A stretch of DNA of 64,000 nucleotides from Gordius albopunctatus (taxonomy: Eukaryota): positions 15,934,001-15,998,000 of the forward strand of contig OZ193909.1 of the NCBI GenBank assembly GCA_964276515.1, read 5' to 3'. The notes under the pieces were generated by a model. The model saw nothing but the letters and a program-made list of their open reading frames with translations. It made no database searches and was not told the DNA's origin. The translations under genes were made by a program, and so were the position numbers. Of the stretch, positions 1 through 13,099 are shown one piece after another (position 1 is the stretch's first letter; every line of letters starts with the position of its first letter).

Positions 1-1512
1 ATTTTTATGTTTCCAATGGAAATCTCGATTCTAGTGCTCTAATCTGCAAACATTTTTAAAAAATCGAACGCGTTCACGTTCGTTCAAAATTTTATGATAA
101 TTCTTTTTTAAATAAAATTTAATATAAATAAATGTCTTATATTTTTTAATACAATAAATTGCCATGATAAAAAATAATAGTTTTATTTCGACAATATAAT
201 TATAAATCAATATAATCGAATAGAGCGAATATAAAGATTATTTATTTATAAAAAAATTTCTTATTGATTTTTAATAATAATTGTTTTTCAAAATTGTCGT
301 CTGATAAGGAGGAACGCTTGGCAGTTAATACAGCATTAGCTATACTAAAAACCCGCTCCACAGGGGCAGATGAGGGGATTGGAGTAATATACTTTATAAA
401 CAAATTTTTTAAAGCAGGAAATTTATTAAAAACATTTAATGTTTTGTCCCTCGCTTCAAAATATTGCGATGAGATATCATCCTCCAATGCGCCCTCTACT
501 TCCTCGCCAAAAAATGATATCTCGGAATCGACAGTTCTTTCATTATCAATACTAGAGGTTTCAATCCCTTTTTCAATAATACTAAAGTATTATTCGATTC
601 TTATTCAAAAAAAGCTGATCAGGAAAAAAGGTAATAAACGAATGGGAACATTTGGTAATTTCTGCGTATAGTGCAAAATATCTAATTGAGAATTTAAACG
701 TATTCTCCCGCAATTTAGATTAATCCATGGATTTAAGATTCTTTCGCAATTTAGATTTAACCTTCTAACGGAAGTTTTCCCACTATTTTCGAATATTCCA
801 TTTTCTATACCATTTTTGAATATCTTATTAATAAATCTAATTATTAGATCATATTTTTAAAAATCCTATTTTTGAATATCTAACCCATTTTTATATATTC
901 AATATTAAAATTTTATTTTCAAATTTGCTATGCAACATACTCCTCATAAGACATCAAGTACATTTTAGGGTCTAGATTTTTTTATTAGCTTTTTTTCTGA
1001 TCAGCTTTTATTTTGAAGAGCTTTTTTTTGAACAGAAACGGTTTATTTATTATAGGTTCATTTTAATTATTGAATTTGATCCTTTATATGAAACGAGTGA
1101 AAAATATTTTTCACATTTTGGCCATGGCAATTCATCTGCTGATTTTGAATACTCAGAATCTGAAGATGACGACGATATAATATTATGATTGTCCATATTA
1201 ACCTATAAATTAAACTATAATTAATAATATCCAATTAATTAACTTTAATCTTATCTTCTTTTGCACGTTATGGTATGTTAAAAGTATTTCGGAATTGGTA
1301 ATAGGAAACAGGAAAAACAGCTGATTAAAAAATAAGACTTTTTGTTAAAAATTCGGATTAACATCAATTTTCACATAAATAAAAATAAAAAAGGGTTTTT
1401 AAAATTGAACGAACGTTAAATTCGAACGCGTTCATAAAAAAAGGAACGCGTTAACGTTCAAAGTTCACAAAAAAAAGAACGCCGTTCATGAACGCGTTCA
1501 TTTACAACATTA
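1..1512 (-). mobile_element. hAT-family DNA transposon remnant (left end outside window) with transposase C-terminal dimerisation fragment at 242-~590
   Basis: Minus ORF 242-487 has the hAT dimerisation motif FPALKNLFIKYITPIPSSAPVERVFSIA. GAACG/CGTTC subterminal motif clusters lie at 62-90 and 1400-1500; probable terminus ...GAACGCGTTCATTTACAACATTA at 1512. Confidence 0.75.
596..1039. mobile_element. Non-autonomous TIR element (Mutator-like) nested in the hAT remnant
   Basis: Imperfect TIRs GATTCTTATTCAAAAAAAGCTGATCAG / CTGATCAGC...GAGCTTTTTTTTGAACAGAAAC. The same family occurs in reverse orientation at 34372-38310. Confidence 0.6.
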
Positions 1513-2121
1513 CAAATATGTGCTTGTTCCAGCAAATATCTTATAGAAATAATTATGAAAGAAAAAGATTTATATTTGGTTTATTACAAATTCGCGCATA
1601 TGGCAATATGTTAAACGATTATTCATGAGGGCTAATCTATAAGACACCTGATTAAATTGTTTGATTTTCATATATATTTATAGCGGTTTATTGATTTCAA
1701 GTAAAATGGTAGTGTAGATACAGGCTAATGTTATTTAATATAGGTATAACATTTAAAAAAACACTATTACATTCTTAAAGATTCTAAAATCGATTTGATT
1801 GTTTTGATTAAAGTTACTGGTTAAGACATTTTAAATACCTAATTCTACTATTGACTGACATTTTTCAACTTTAAAAATTGTATTAGCTCTAGTCAAAAAG
1901 ATACATACCAATTTTTTCTATATAATATTATATGATGTTTTAAAAAGAGTGTCAAACGGTGTTATATGCTCGAATATGTGATTAAACTAGACAAAAATAT
2001 TAACTCTGATTTGAAGATCACGGGTTGCGCGTCAAAATATATTGCTTTATACTTAAAATATATGACAATTATTAATTGTAATGACATTTATTTCGTTTAT
2101 TTATTTCATATGTATTAACAG

Positions 2122-5100
2122 GTCCGGGTTTAGCATTTTTGGTTTATCCATCGGCTATCGCCGAACTTCCAATCTCTTCCATGTGGTCTTGCTTCTTTTT
2201 CCTCATGTTATTTTTCATTGGTTTAGATAGTCAGGTATGATTATATAAACTAAATTCATTGAAATTCAAATTTGTCTATATTTGCAGCGTTTCTCTGATA
2301 TAATTCCTCTTACTTTTTTTCAAATTTTAAAGGACCCCATATATAAATAGTAGTACGAAATGAAATATAAGGCAAATATCTATCGAATAAAAACAAACCA
2401 GTAAAATATGATTGCAAGTTACGCTCTTTATAATAGAGATCAAATAAGCCATATTTTTTTTGACCCTTTCTATATTTGCTTTGCTGTATGAATATTGTTT
2501 TAGTTTTGCACTCTGGAAGGGTTCATAACTGCGTGTGTTGACGAGTGGCCACAACTATTGAGACGAAGAAAAGAAATATTTATAGCCATCGTGTGTATCA
2601 TCAGTTACCTCGTCGGGTTATTCACTATAACCAACGTAATGAATACTTCATTTTTTGCTAAAAAGTTTTTTTTGATTGAATATCTTTGAATATGAGTTAT
2701 TTTTATTGCGCTAAGTTTGTCGTGTGTGAGCCCAAGATTCAAAAAAATTAGGTTTTAATTGTAAACTGCTGGTGTTACATACAAGTATTAGATAAATTAT
2801 GAAGCCCTCCATATGGCACTAACATTTTTGAACTCCTTTTTACAGGCATGCCTGACTCTACCTAATGACTTTTGGGTAACTTTTTAAGTCTCGCTAAGAG
2901 TTTTTTGGTTATAACTACGTTAGAATTAGTTAAGTGCATCATCCTTTTATCGCATTTTAGATATGTGGTTTATTCAATGTTATTTCACCACATTGGTATT
3001 TTTAATAAAAAACTTACTCCGAATTATAAGAAGTGAAATGGCATTAATGAATATATCGCTATCGAATTTAAACATCTTACATTGTGAATTAGATTAATAT
3101 TTCAAATGATTTATAATAATATTCTATAAAAAAATTTAAAACATTTTTAAATGTATATAATTTGGTTTAAGATGTGCATTCGAGATGCAAGGTCATATGT
3201 TAAATTTGTATAGTGTTTAATGGCTAGGGCCATTTTGAAAATATGAGCTCACCTGTTTTAAACCACAACTTCGAGGGCTTTAAAAAGGAATGGAGACCGT
3301 GCAACGCCTCATATCTTTAATAAATAGTCCTCAAGTTATATAATTCGCAACCGAATATTGGTTAAAATTTTAAAGACTTTATGTTTGGTTTTTATAACGC
3401 GCAAGGGAGGAATGTACGTATTTCAAATACTGGATTTTTACTCGGCAAGCGGGACTTGTTTACTCTGGCTAATATTTTTCGAGTGTATAGCCGTCTCGTG
3501 GTCATATGGTAAGTTCTTGATGTTATACTAAGCTTATTCAAATTCAAATGAAGATAAATTAAATTTCAGGGCATAGTTGTTAAACTAAGATTAATCAAAT
3601 TCTTCACTTTTTTTCTTAATATCTTTATATTTATCGTGAAATTTATCATATATCAATGGTATTGCACGAATTATAAAATTATATAAAAAACTCGGGCCTT
3701 CGGCCCTCGTGGGAAAGGGGAGGGGGGAAGAGAAGGGGGGACTCTTCTATACTCCGTATAGAAAGTAGCATATTTGCTATGCAATTTATGGACGAGAATA
3801 GGGGGGGGGGGTTATTAAATGCAAAATGATTAGTTAATTATTTATACAAATTTTCCATCACTTTGGCCAGTGGTGATCTTTTCTAATGGTTAGCAGACAG
3901 CCAAATAACTAGACTATTTTTATAATAAAGAAAAAAAATTTGATACACTTTGGCCAATGGTCCTTTTTTTATTAGTCAGTAACCAGAAGGATATAAATAC
4001 ATAAGAGACGAAAAAAGGGGGGGGAAAAATTTCGAATCACAATTTGGCCAATGGTCATTTTTTTAATTTGTCAGTAGCTAGGACACGGCCAAAAGGTCAT
4101 ATTATCAATGGTATTAACAAGAACAATATATTAATTTAAAAAATATATTAATTAAAAAAATAAAATAAAAATAATTTGCCCTCTCCGGGATTCGAACCCA
4201 AATCAGTAGAGTGGTAAGCCTTTGTGGGGAGGGGGCACAGGGACGCATATCAGTAGAGGCATAGGTAATTATCAATGTTAGCCTAATAAATTAATAGCAA
4301 TTCAAAAAGCGAAAAAAAATTCCGAATTACAATTTTGCCAATGGTCATTTTTTCATTGGTCAGTAGCCAAGACACGGTCAAAAAGGATATAAATACATTA
4401 GAGACGAAAAAAACAAATAAAAAAAATTCGATTCACAATTTGGCCATTGGTCATTTTTTTCATTGGTCAGTAGCCAGGACACGGTCAAAAAGTCACATTA
4501 TCAGTGGTATTAACAAGAAAAATATATTAATTTATTTTAAAAAATTTTTGTCCTCTCCGGGTATCGAACCAGCAATTAAGAATTTGCCCTCGCCAGGATT
4601 CGAACCCACATCAGTAGAGGCATAGGCTTCTGTAGGGGGGGGGCACAGGGACCCATATCACTAAAGGCATAGGCCCTTGTAGGGGGGCATAGGTAATTAT
4701 CAATGTTAACCTATAACAATTCAAAAACGAAAAAAAAATTTCGAGTCACAATTTGGCCAATGGTCATTTTTTTATTAGACAGTAGCCAGCGGAGGGCCAA
4801 AAAGTCATATTATCAATGGTATTAACAAGAACAATATATTAATTTAATTTAAAAACTCTCCGGGTATCGAACCAGCAAGTCAGAACGTTCGAAGGACGGA
4901 CAACAAAAAGCGAGCTCATAAATTGCATAGAAATTAAAAATACATGCATACCAAATTCTATTTATTTTCGTTCGCTTTTTGCCGCGGGTGAAAATAATCG
5001 TCTCCGGTTTCACTATGAACGCCGTCTCCTATTTATAATTGTTATTTTCGTGATATGTATATGATAAATTTCACCATGAATATAAAAGTATTAAAAAAAG

Positions 5101-6587
5101 AATGAAAAGTTGGATAAATTAGCCTAAAAGTTCACTTGGCTTTTTTTCGCTTCACGCGTCATCACGAACGCGGGGTTACGCGATTCTAAAGCGAGGCTAA
5201 AAAAGATATACATAGCTGTTAAAGCACATCACTTGATTTTTAAAGCCTTAATACCAATTAAACCACAAACATTTATTTATCAAGAAAAATTGCAATTCGT
5301 TTATAAAACTGAAATAGCTCATTTAGACCCCTTTTAAAGCATTTTTTAATTAAGTATACAAATTAGATCGTTGCGTCATAAGTAATTTTTTATTTATTAA
5401 TTTTTAACTTAGGGGTAAATAGATTTTTTGACGATATACGAGAGATGATAGGATATTATCCATGGACATATTTCAAATACTGTTGGCTCATATTTACACC
5501 AGGAGTCTGCATGGTAAGCACAACATTCTGGCACCGGTCTACCCTTGACTTTTTTATCTGTCATCAAGTGCTATATTTGCCATAAAATTTAAGGAAAACT
5601 GATTTCTAAAACCTATAAACTGAGTTTAAAAGAACAATTTAAAAAGGCACTTGCAGCTTTATGTTAAGAATCATTAGATTTCGCGATTTTCTGCCTGCTC
5701 AATTTATATAATGTCATGTAATAAGTTTGCACCTTTAAACCTATATTTAATTTAAGGTATAATTGAAAATTCCACTTTTAAACCACTGTACAAGTTATGA
5801 TTTTAAGAAATTTGTTGTATTTCAATAAATAAACGTTTTGATTTCGGATAGGGTGTCTTTTTCTTTGGACTCATCAAACACACTCCTCTAAAGTACATTG
5901 ATTATGAGTACCCAAGGTGGGCCCACATTTTAGGCTGGACCATGAGCCTTTCTTCCATGCTATGCGTGCCGGCATACATGATTTACAAATGGTTTACCAC
6001 TTCGGCCCATACCTATAGAGAGGTTTTCTCATATTTTAGTTCTCTCCGTAACTTATTATCACGTAGTTTAAAATTTTGAAAAGTCGAAATCTAACCGAAC
6101 CAGACCTAAATTTCGATAAATTTAAAAGCTTTACTAGTAAGGAATATTCGTTGTTTAAAGACGTAAGGTTGAATTGATATAATGGGTAGAGGGAATTGGC
6201 ATTCGATATTTCGGGCTAATAAAGCCTATATTCACTTTATTCATTTCTTCAATTGAACCTAATCTCTTTTAATTAAAGAATATTAAAAAAGATTGCCAGT
6301 ACTGATTTATTGGTAAATACTGTCTTAAAATAACAAACACAAAACCTAACCCAAATATATTATAAATTTGGAATCAGTGTCTAAAATAAACCCTAAACTA
6401 AAGCCAAAAATATGTTTACTCTAACAAATTAGGATCATACCCGTGCAATACTCTATTATAGTTATCATGCATAATTTACATTTTTGTGCAGAAAATTAAG
6501 CTCCTCTTTAGACCAGATCTCTCGGTGGACGAAATTCGGAAAAGTTCGATGGTTGGCGTGGACGCCGGTGCCATGCATAAAATTTAA
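2122..6587 (+). CDS. Gat: SLC6 sodium:neurotransmitter symporter, GABA transporter-like; last six coding exons (5' part outside window)
   Basis: GT-AG exons 2122-2234, 2504-2635, 3406-3508, 5413-5513, 5852-6022 and 6492-6587 splice in frame: [64 protein letters not shown].../[16 protein letters not shown].../...MIGYYPW..FKYCW..FTP/...[12 protein letters not shown].../KIKLLFRPD...HKI*. Confidence 0.93.
3690..4935 (-). mobile_element. Helentron-associated (HINE/DINE-1-like) non-autonomous element in a Gat intron
   Basis: Terminal GC hairpin GGGCCTTCGGCCC next to an A/T run; subterminal inverted repeats TTTGCTATGCAATTTATGG (3774) / CATAAATTGCATAG (4917); GGAC microsatellite near the other end; internal tandem TTGGCCAATGGTCATTTTTT units. 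Confidence 0.7.
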
Positions 6588-8726
6588 TTTGCCCTGCCCC
6601 CTTTAGGCTGGAAGACAGGAAAGTGGCCAACAAAAGGCAATGCAACTTTTAAAAATTTGTTCCCTACCCGGCCCCGCTTGGAAGATTTATAACTTCCTAT
6701 CTTAAAATCGTGTTGTATTACGTGTCTTCTATCTACATTTTTATTTCCATATAAACAGTCATTTTGCCAGGGCTCTCCCCCCCCCCCCTTCCGCCCTCAG
6801 ATTGTGCAAAATTTAGATATTTGGGAAAAAATCTTGAAAATTATTGGCATGTTTATTACAACAGAATTTTATTAACTCCCACAAAATTTTGATTAACAAG
6901 ACCAAATTAAACGAAAGAAACCCTGTGTTCAACTGCTCCCCCCTCCCCCAAATAAAAAACTCCAGATTATTTGCCAAAATTGTGAATAATTATGTATTCC
7001 ATTGTTGTGTTATAATATATTACTAGTTATTACTCGTGCAAAATGCAGAATCGCATAAATTGTTCATCATATAAATAAGTAAATGTACATTTCATAATCG
7101 TCATATAATTCATATTATAACACGTATATGCGATTGTATTTAGCTTTACCATAAATATTTTGTTCTTAATTTAAAACTACAAATAAATACACAAATAAAT
7201 GAAGGACTTCTAAGAAGCTTAAGCAATAACGTGGTGTGGTATAGACTCTGATGAACCTTTTTTCTTCACAGCTAAAATCATATTCTGGTGGGCTTTTAAT
7301 GTTATACCCCTAAACACATTCAAATAAATATATTTATATATACACATTTAAAATAGAAAACAATAAAATTAGCTAAAAATGAATTGAAAATTCAAGTTAT
7401 TTTATCTAGACAAATTACCCATTGGTTCGTAGGGAAAGGGCTATGCTCACATTTTCTTCTGGGTTATCTAAGTGATTGGCAGATGGCATATTATTAGTGT
7501 CTTGATTAAAAAGTATAAGTGACAATTTAATCATTTGAGCTACATATCCTGCTAATTCATCTTTAACATCTCCACGACCTAACAAATAATTAAGAGCATT
7601 AATAACAATTAAATCAGTTTTAATTAATCATTAAAACTTTTAAAAATATACCTACTTCCTATGCAAAAGCCCTGGAAATCTGTAACCATAATCCATTCAC
7701 AGTCACCCTCATCAAATCTGAATTAAATTTTAAATAGCTTTAAGGTTAAAGAATTAAAAATTATATCAAATTATTGGCATGAAAAGCAAGTTTCACGACT
7801 TTTGTATTTACTAAAACACCAATTTATAATAAAAAACTGAATTGATGCATGATTTAATAAAGCTACAATAACATTAAAAATATTTTAAGCCAATATAAGG
7901 CAATAATGGTACTTTTATTATTAACTACAATTTATATATTTTAAGCTAAAATTATTGGTTAATATTGAATTTTTTAGTAATCAATCACTGAAAATTTATA
8001 TCCAGAAATTACTAAATATTCAAAGTATATTTTAAGAGTTTTAAACTCCTGTGCAATATTTTCAAAATACTGATATAACTTAAGATAATTTTTTTCATAT
8101 ATTTTGTAAAATACTACTAAATAAAAGTTTAGATACCATTAATTATGAGACTTAAAATACATAAAAAGAGATTTTTAAACTTCACATAAAAATGCATTCA
8201 TATATTGAGTTATTAAGTTAGCAATAACTTAGAAGATTATAAAAAAACATTAATGATTACTTATTGTATTACAAGTTTACGTGTTATATTGGTAATTATT
8301 GAGTAAGTTAAGAATTATATCAAATCAAATATGCGCAAGTTATTCAAATTTTTACATGCGATCGAGAATTTTTTCAAACGACGATTCCATATGATATTGC
8401 AATAAAGGTTAAACTGTCAAAAGTTATAAATTTTTCGTCTTCTTTTGATTTGCTAATACTCTATGCCAAATTAATAATATCTTAATTCTTATAAATCATA
8501 TAGTTGTTTTAGAACATAAATAGGAGTATTAATTATGCGAAGTTTATTTAAATGCTTTTTAAATTCTAAGATATGGTTAAATATATAAGGGGTATGTAAA
8601 AATCACCATCTAAATTTTTTATTTAAAATTTATATAATGAACAAATGGCGCAATGCTGAACTGAAAAAGTGTTTAATTCGCAGAACAAAAAAGTTATGAA
8701 CACATATATCTACCTTTAAAAAATAT

Positions 8727-8772
8727 TAATCTACGACGGTCCCAAGTCCGTGTGCAAAAAGTGGGGGGTTGG
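8727..8772 (+). ncRNA. 5'-truncated twister ribozyme at the start of RTE1
   Basis: CT-AC-G-ACGG-TCCCAAGT-CCGT-GTGCAAAA-AGTG-GGGGG-TTGG gives P4 ACGG/CCGT, L4 UCCCAAGU, pseudoknot T2 AC/GU, T1 CCC/GGG and P2 3' strand AGUG, as in the type-P1 twister core (GGUCCCAAGCCC...AAAAGUGGAGGG). Confidence 0.8.
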
Positions 8773-11700
8773 CGTCAGGTCGGAAACCGGCTATAAAAAT
8801 CAACTCCAAAATTTATGATAGTTTCAAACGAGATTTTACAAGAAAAGGCTAGGGCGTCCTCCACAAACGACGTGCACTGCATACCCCGCCCGTGCAATGT
8901 GAAAAATACACTAGGGTTACTGCCCAACTCACAACGAAGGCGGTTAAGGAAACTAGTTGTGGAAAAAATGCGAATTACGTGCTGGAATGTGGGAACGTTG
9001 ACGGGGAAGAGCATTGAGGTCGCACAGATGTTAAAAAGAAGAAAAGTACACATCGCCTGCCTACAAGAAACGAGGTGGAACGGAACGAAAGCTCGTGAAT
9101 TAGGAGAAGGATACAAGCTTTTCTACAGTGGGTCACCAAATCGTAGAAACGGGGTCGGTATCTTTCTAAGCAAATCGTTCAAGGACAAGGTGGTGGAAGT
9201 CAAACGTTGTTCCGACAGGCTAATGTGAGTGAAGATTGCGGATCAAGGGGGCCTCCTAACCGTTATGTGCGCGTATGCTCCCCAAATTGGGTGTTCGGAA
9301 TCAGAGAAAGACATATTCTTCGAATCATTGGAAAAGGAAATACAAGGAATCCGACAGGAAGAAAGGCTAATTATTGGGGCCGATTTCAACGCTCACGTAG
9401 GGAAATATCGCCTCGGGTATGAACGCAATCATGGAGGCTATGGGCATGGTCTGAAGAACAAAGAAGGGGAAAAACTTCTCCAAGTATCCCAAGCATATGA
9501 CATGGCGATCGTTAACACCTATTTTCAAAAGCGCGAAGATCATATTGTGACCTATAGAAGTGGGAAGCATTTTAGTCAAATCGACTATTTGCTTATACGG
9601 CGAAAGGACTTATGGAGTATCAAAGATTGCAAAGTAATACCGGGAGAAGAAATTGCCAGGCAACATCGTCCCCTTGTTATGGATCTTGACAGAAGATTAT
9701 TTCCCAAAAGAAGAAAGGTATATGAACCTCGAATTCGATACGAAAGGCTAAAGGATACGTCGACGAACAAAGAATACCATCAAAAAGCCTCCTCACTCTT
9801 GGGTGCAAGGAAGTTGCAAAGGGACGTAGACGAAGATTGGGAAACGCTATCTAAGGACATTAAGGAAACAGCGATTCGTGTTCTAGGACAGACCAAAGGA
9901 GGCAAAGCTATGAATAGGGAACTATGGTGGTGGGATCAATCGGTTAAAGATTTCATCGAAATAAAGAAAAATTTATATAGACGGTGGCATAAATCAAAAA
10001 AGTCGGAGGATTATCAAGAGTACAGGGACGCAAAGAGTGCCGCAAAAAAGGCCGTTGCAAAAGCGAAGAATGCTGCGTACACAGAGATGGCAAACAAACT
10101 GGATCATAAAGGGGGCGATAGGCTTATGTACAAATTGGCCAAGATAAGGGAGAAGAAAAGTCGAGATGTCGGAGTTCTTAAAATAGTCAAAAGCGAGAAG
10201 GGTCAAACCTTATTCAAGCCGAAGGAAGTGATGGAAAGGTGGAAAGGATATTTTAAGAAACTTATGAATATTGCAAATGACAAGGATTCCTTTCCCGAAA
10301 TTGAGCCAAATATAAGTATGGTCGAACTCTTTCAGAAGGATGAAGTTAGGACACAAATGAACAAGATGCAAAAAGGAAAAGCAAATGGCCCAGATGGAAT
10401 ACCTATGGAAGCATTGCTCGGATGTCGTGAAGAAGGAGTCACCACCATGACGAACCTCCTTAACAAGATATTGGTAGAAGAGCGAATCCCTAATCAATGG
10501 AGAGCAAGCACGATTATACCCTTATTCAAAGGAAAAGGAGACCCTCAGGACTGCGGCAATTACAGAGGTATCAAGCTAACTTGCCACTCCTTGAAGCTTT
10601 TGGAAAGGATCTTAGTAACAAGGCTGAAAAAAGAGGTGGAAATATCGGCTAATCAATTCGGATTCGTGGCCGGCAAATCCACAATCGACCCAATCTTCGC
10701 CCTAAGACAAATGATGGATAAGTATGGTGAAAAGAGGAAAGACCTACATATGGTTTTTATCGACTTGGAGAAAGCTTATGACACGGTCCCCCGCGATTTA
10801 ATATGGTGGTGCCTGAGGAAACAAAATATCCCTGACGCATATATACGGCTTATGAAAAATATCTATGAAGCCTCAAACTCTTGCGTTAGGACGACAGTTG
10901 GAGACTCTAAACCTTTTCGTGTTAATATTGGATTACATCAAGGCTCTGCTTTAAGTCCCTTTTTATTTAATATAATTATAGACACGATAACGAGGGACTT
11001 TCAAAAGCCATCGCCATGGTGTATACTATATGCCGATGATATAGTACTATGCGAGGAAACAAGGGAGAAGGTATTCGAAGAAGCCGAAAAGTGGTCAAAG
11101 CGCTTAGCTGGATATGGTTTAAAGGTCAACGATCGAAAAACGGTATACATGGAAATGAACGGTACAAGTACCCCATCGCTGGATGACCACCTAAAGTACC
11201 CAAAAGTAGACAGGTTTAATTACCTCGGCTCTATGCTACATCAAGAGGGAGGTTGCGCAACAGAAATCAATGCCCGGATTCAAAAAGGATGGCTTAAATG
11301 GCGAAGTATATCCGGTGTAATATGCGACAAGAAAATGCCAATATGGTCGAAGAGCAAAGCTTACAAATCCATCGTAAGACCGGTGTTACTCTATGGAAGT
11401 GAAACATGGGCATTAAACACCACGGAAGGAAAGCTATTACAAGCCACGGAGATGAGAATGATACGGTGGAGCTTGGGGTATACTAAGCTCGACCATATGA
11501 AGAATGACTTTCTCATGACAAAAATGGGTATTCAACCTATGGCCGACATGATTAACGAAAATCGGCTAAGATGGTATGGGCATATACTAAGAAGGGACCC
11601 GGATGACGTAAATCGAAAAGTGCTAGACATGAAAATATCGGGGAAGAGAGGAAGAGGACGACCCCGTGTCACGTGGAAAAGGCAAGTCGATAAAGTTATG

Positions 11701-11807
11701 GAAACTAAAGAGATTCGTCAAGACATGGCTCTAACCCGGTCAAGATGGAAGAGACTTATCAAAACAAACCCCACCAATGTGGGACCAAATAACTGATAAA
11801 GAAGAAG
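8731..11807 (+). mobile_element. RTE-clade non-LTR retrotransposon, near full length (copy RTE1)
   Basis: Single APE endonuclease + RT frame (WNVGTL, CLQETRW, GADFNAHVG, IDYLL, FIDLEKAYD, GLHQGSALSP, YADD); 3' hairpin CCCAC-CAAT-GTGGG; (GAA)n tail. Confidence 0.95.
8815..11796 (+). pseudogene. RTE1 endonuclease/reverse transcriptase ORF with one in-frame TGA (9226-9228)
   Basis: ORFs 8815-9228 and 9229-11796 are contiguous in frame. The stop sits where RTE2 has Cys (RLM*VKIAD vs RLMCIKLAD). Confidence 0.9.
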
Positions 11808-13099
11808 AGAATACTCCTAGCATAATAATTGAAATATATCATACACCATATGGGTTGGGAGAAATCAGTGATAGAATCAGATAGGTAAGCGCCCTCACTG
11901 CGAGTGATGGAGGGTTGTTCACTGTAATAGCTTAGTTTGTATTTTTTTATAATGGCACGTATATTAAGCTCCCTTTCGCAAATTTTTAATTTTTGCAAAA
12001 TTATTAGGAGGAACGATGCATGAAGGGGAGAACGTATATGTGAACTACATTGGTATAATATAGCGTTGTAAAAACGGCTGTGTTTTGTCCGGTTCATCTT
12101 TGGTTTTAGTCGACTAAACGTAAACTAAATATTTTTTGGTCTGTTTTCTTAGTAGATTTCTATGCTTAGTCAAAATTTGAATAACAATGTTCGACCAAAC
12201 AAAACCCAGCCGTTTAAAACACTAGTCCCATGCAATCCCAATGATGCTTCGAAGCCCAGCGGAACTCTTGTAAAAATACGATATTCAAAGGGTAAAGTTC
12301 GCTGTCTGTCGAAAACTCTACCCAGACTTTGGCGCCAGAGAATGCTATGATAATAAGGATGGTGTTTTAAATACAAAGCCTATATGACATTCTCTCTATC
12401 ACTTCCCCTTTTATATTATGCGTATAGATTATTCTCGCCCTATTAAAATTGTAATATTGTTAAAATATTAAGCAGTTTGCTACATGTATTAAAAAAAATA
12501 GCTTATTTCATTTTACACATCAAAAATTGATTTACCTACCAAATTTTATTTTAAGCAAAATTGTTGTCTAGTGTATCAAGATTATTGTTAGTAATAATCA
12601 CGGCAATTTTTTGACATACAAAATATAAGTAGGAGAGATCCGGGGCCAATCATGATCATAAAAATATTAAAAGGCCTTATAACTAAAAATTTCAATTTTC
12701 AAACTATTTGCAATTTTTTTATAAAAGTGTTTTTATTTATTATTATATATTCAAAATTTATATATTTTTAATACCAGAGAATTTTAAAGAAATGCAAGTT
12801 TTAAAAATCTAAAAATGCTTGAAGTTATACAACTCCATAGGCGGTGCTATAGCAACCTTTGTAGTATTTTATAATTTTGTCAATAAAACTATTGTTTATC
12901 CTAATCAGCTATAAAATAGCAAAAATATGACATACCTATAGTTTTTAATTATTTATAAATATTTTGTAAATAAAGTTTCATTATTGCATCAAATTCTACG
13001 GGGCTTAAATTAAGCAAATCCTTGATCATCTGGTTGCCTATAATTTGTTAATGACACTTAATTATAAAGATTCAACTTATAAATATATTGCTCTCATTA

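Noticed and set aside
4178..4200. tRNA gene candidates
   Set aside because: Only T-arm-like motifs; no D-arm, anticodon arm or complete acceptor stem.
9207..10497. Overlapping and antisense short ORFs within RTE1 (likewise within RTE2 and Gypsy)
   Set aside because: Shadow frames of the real TE coding sequence.
11820..12380. Short minus ORFs downstream of RTE1
   Set aside because: No recognisable motif or coherent exon structure; could be a relic but unsupported.
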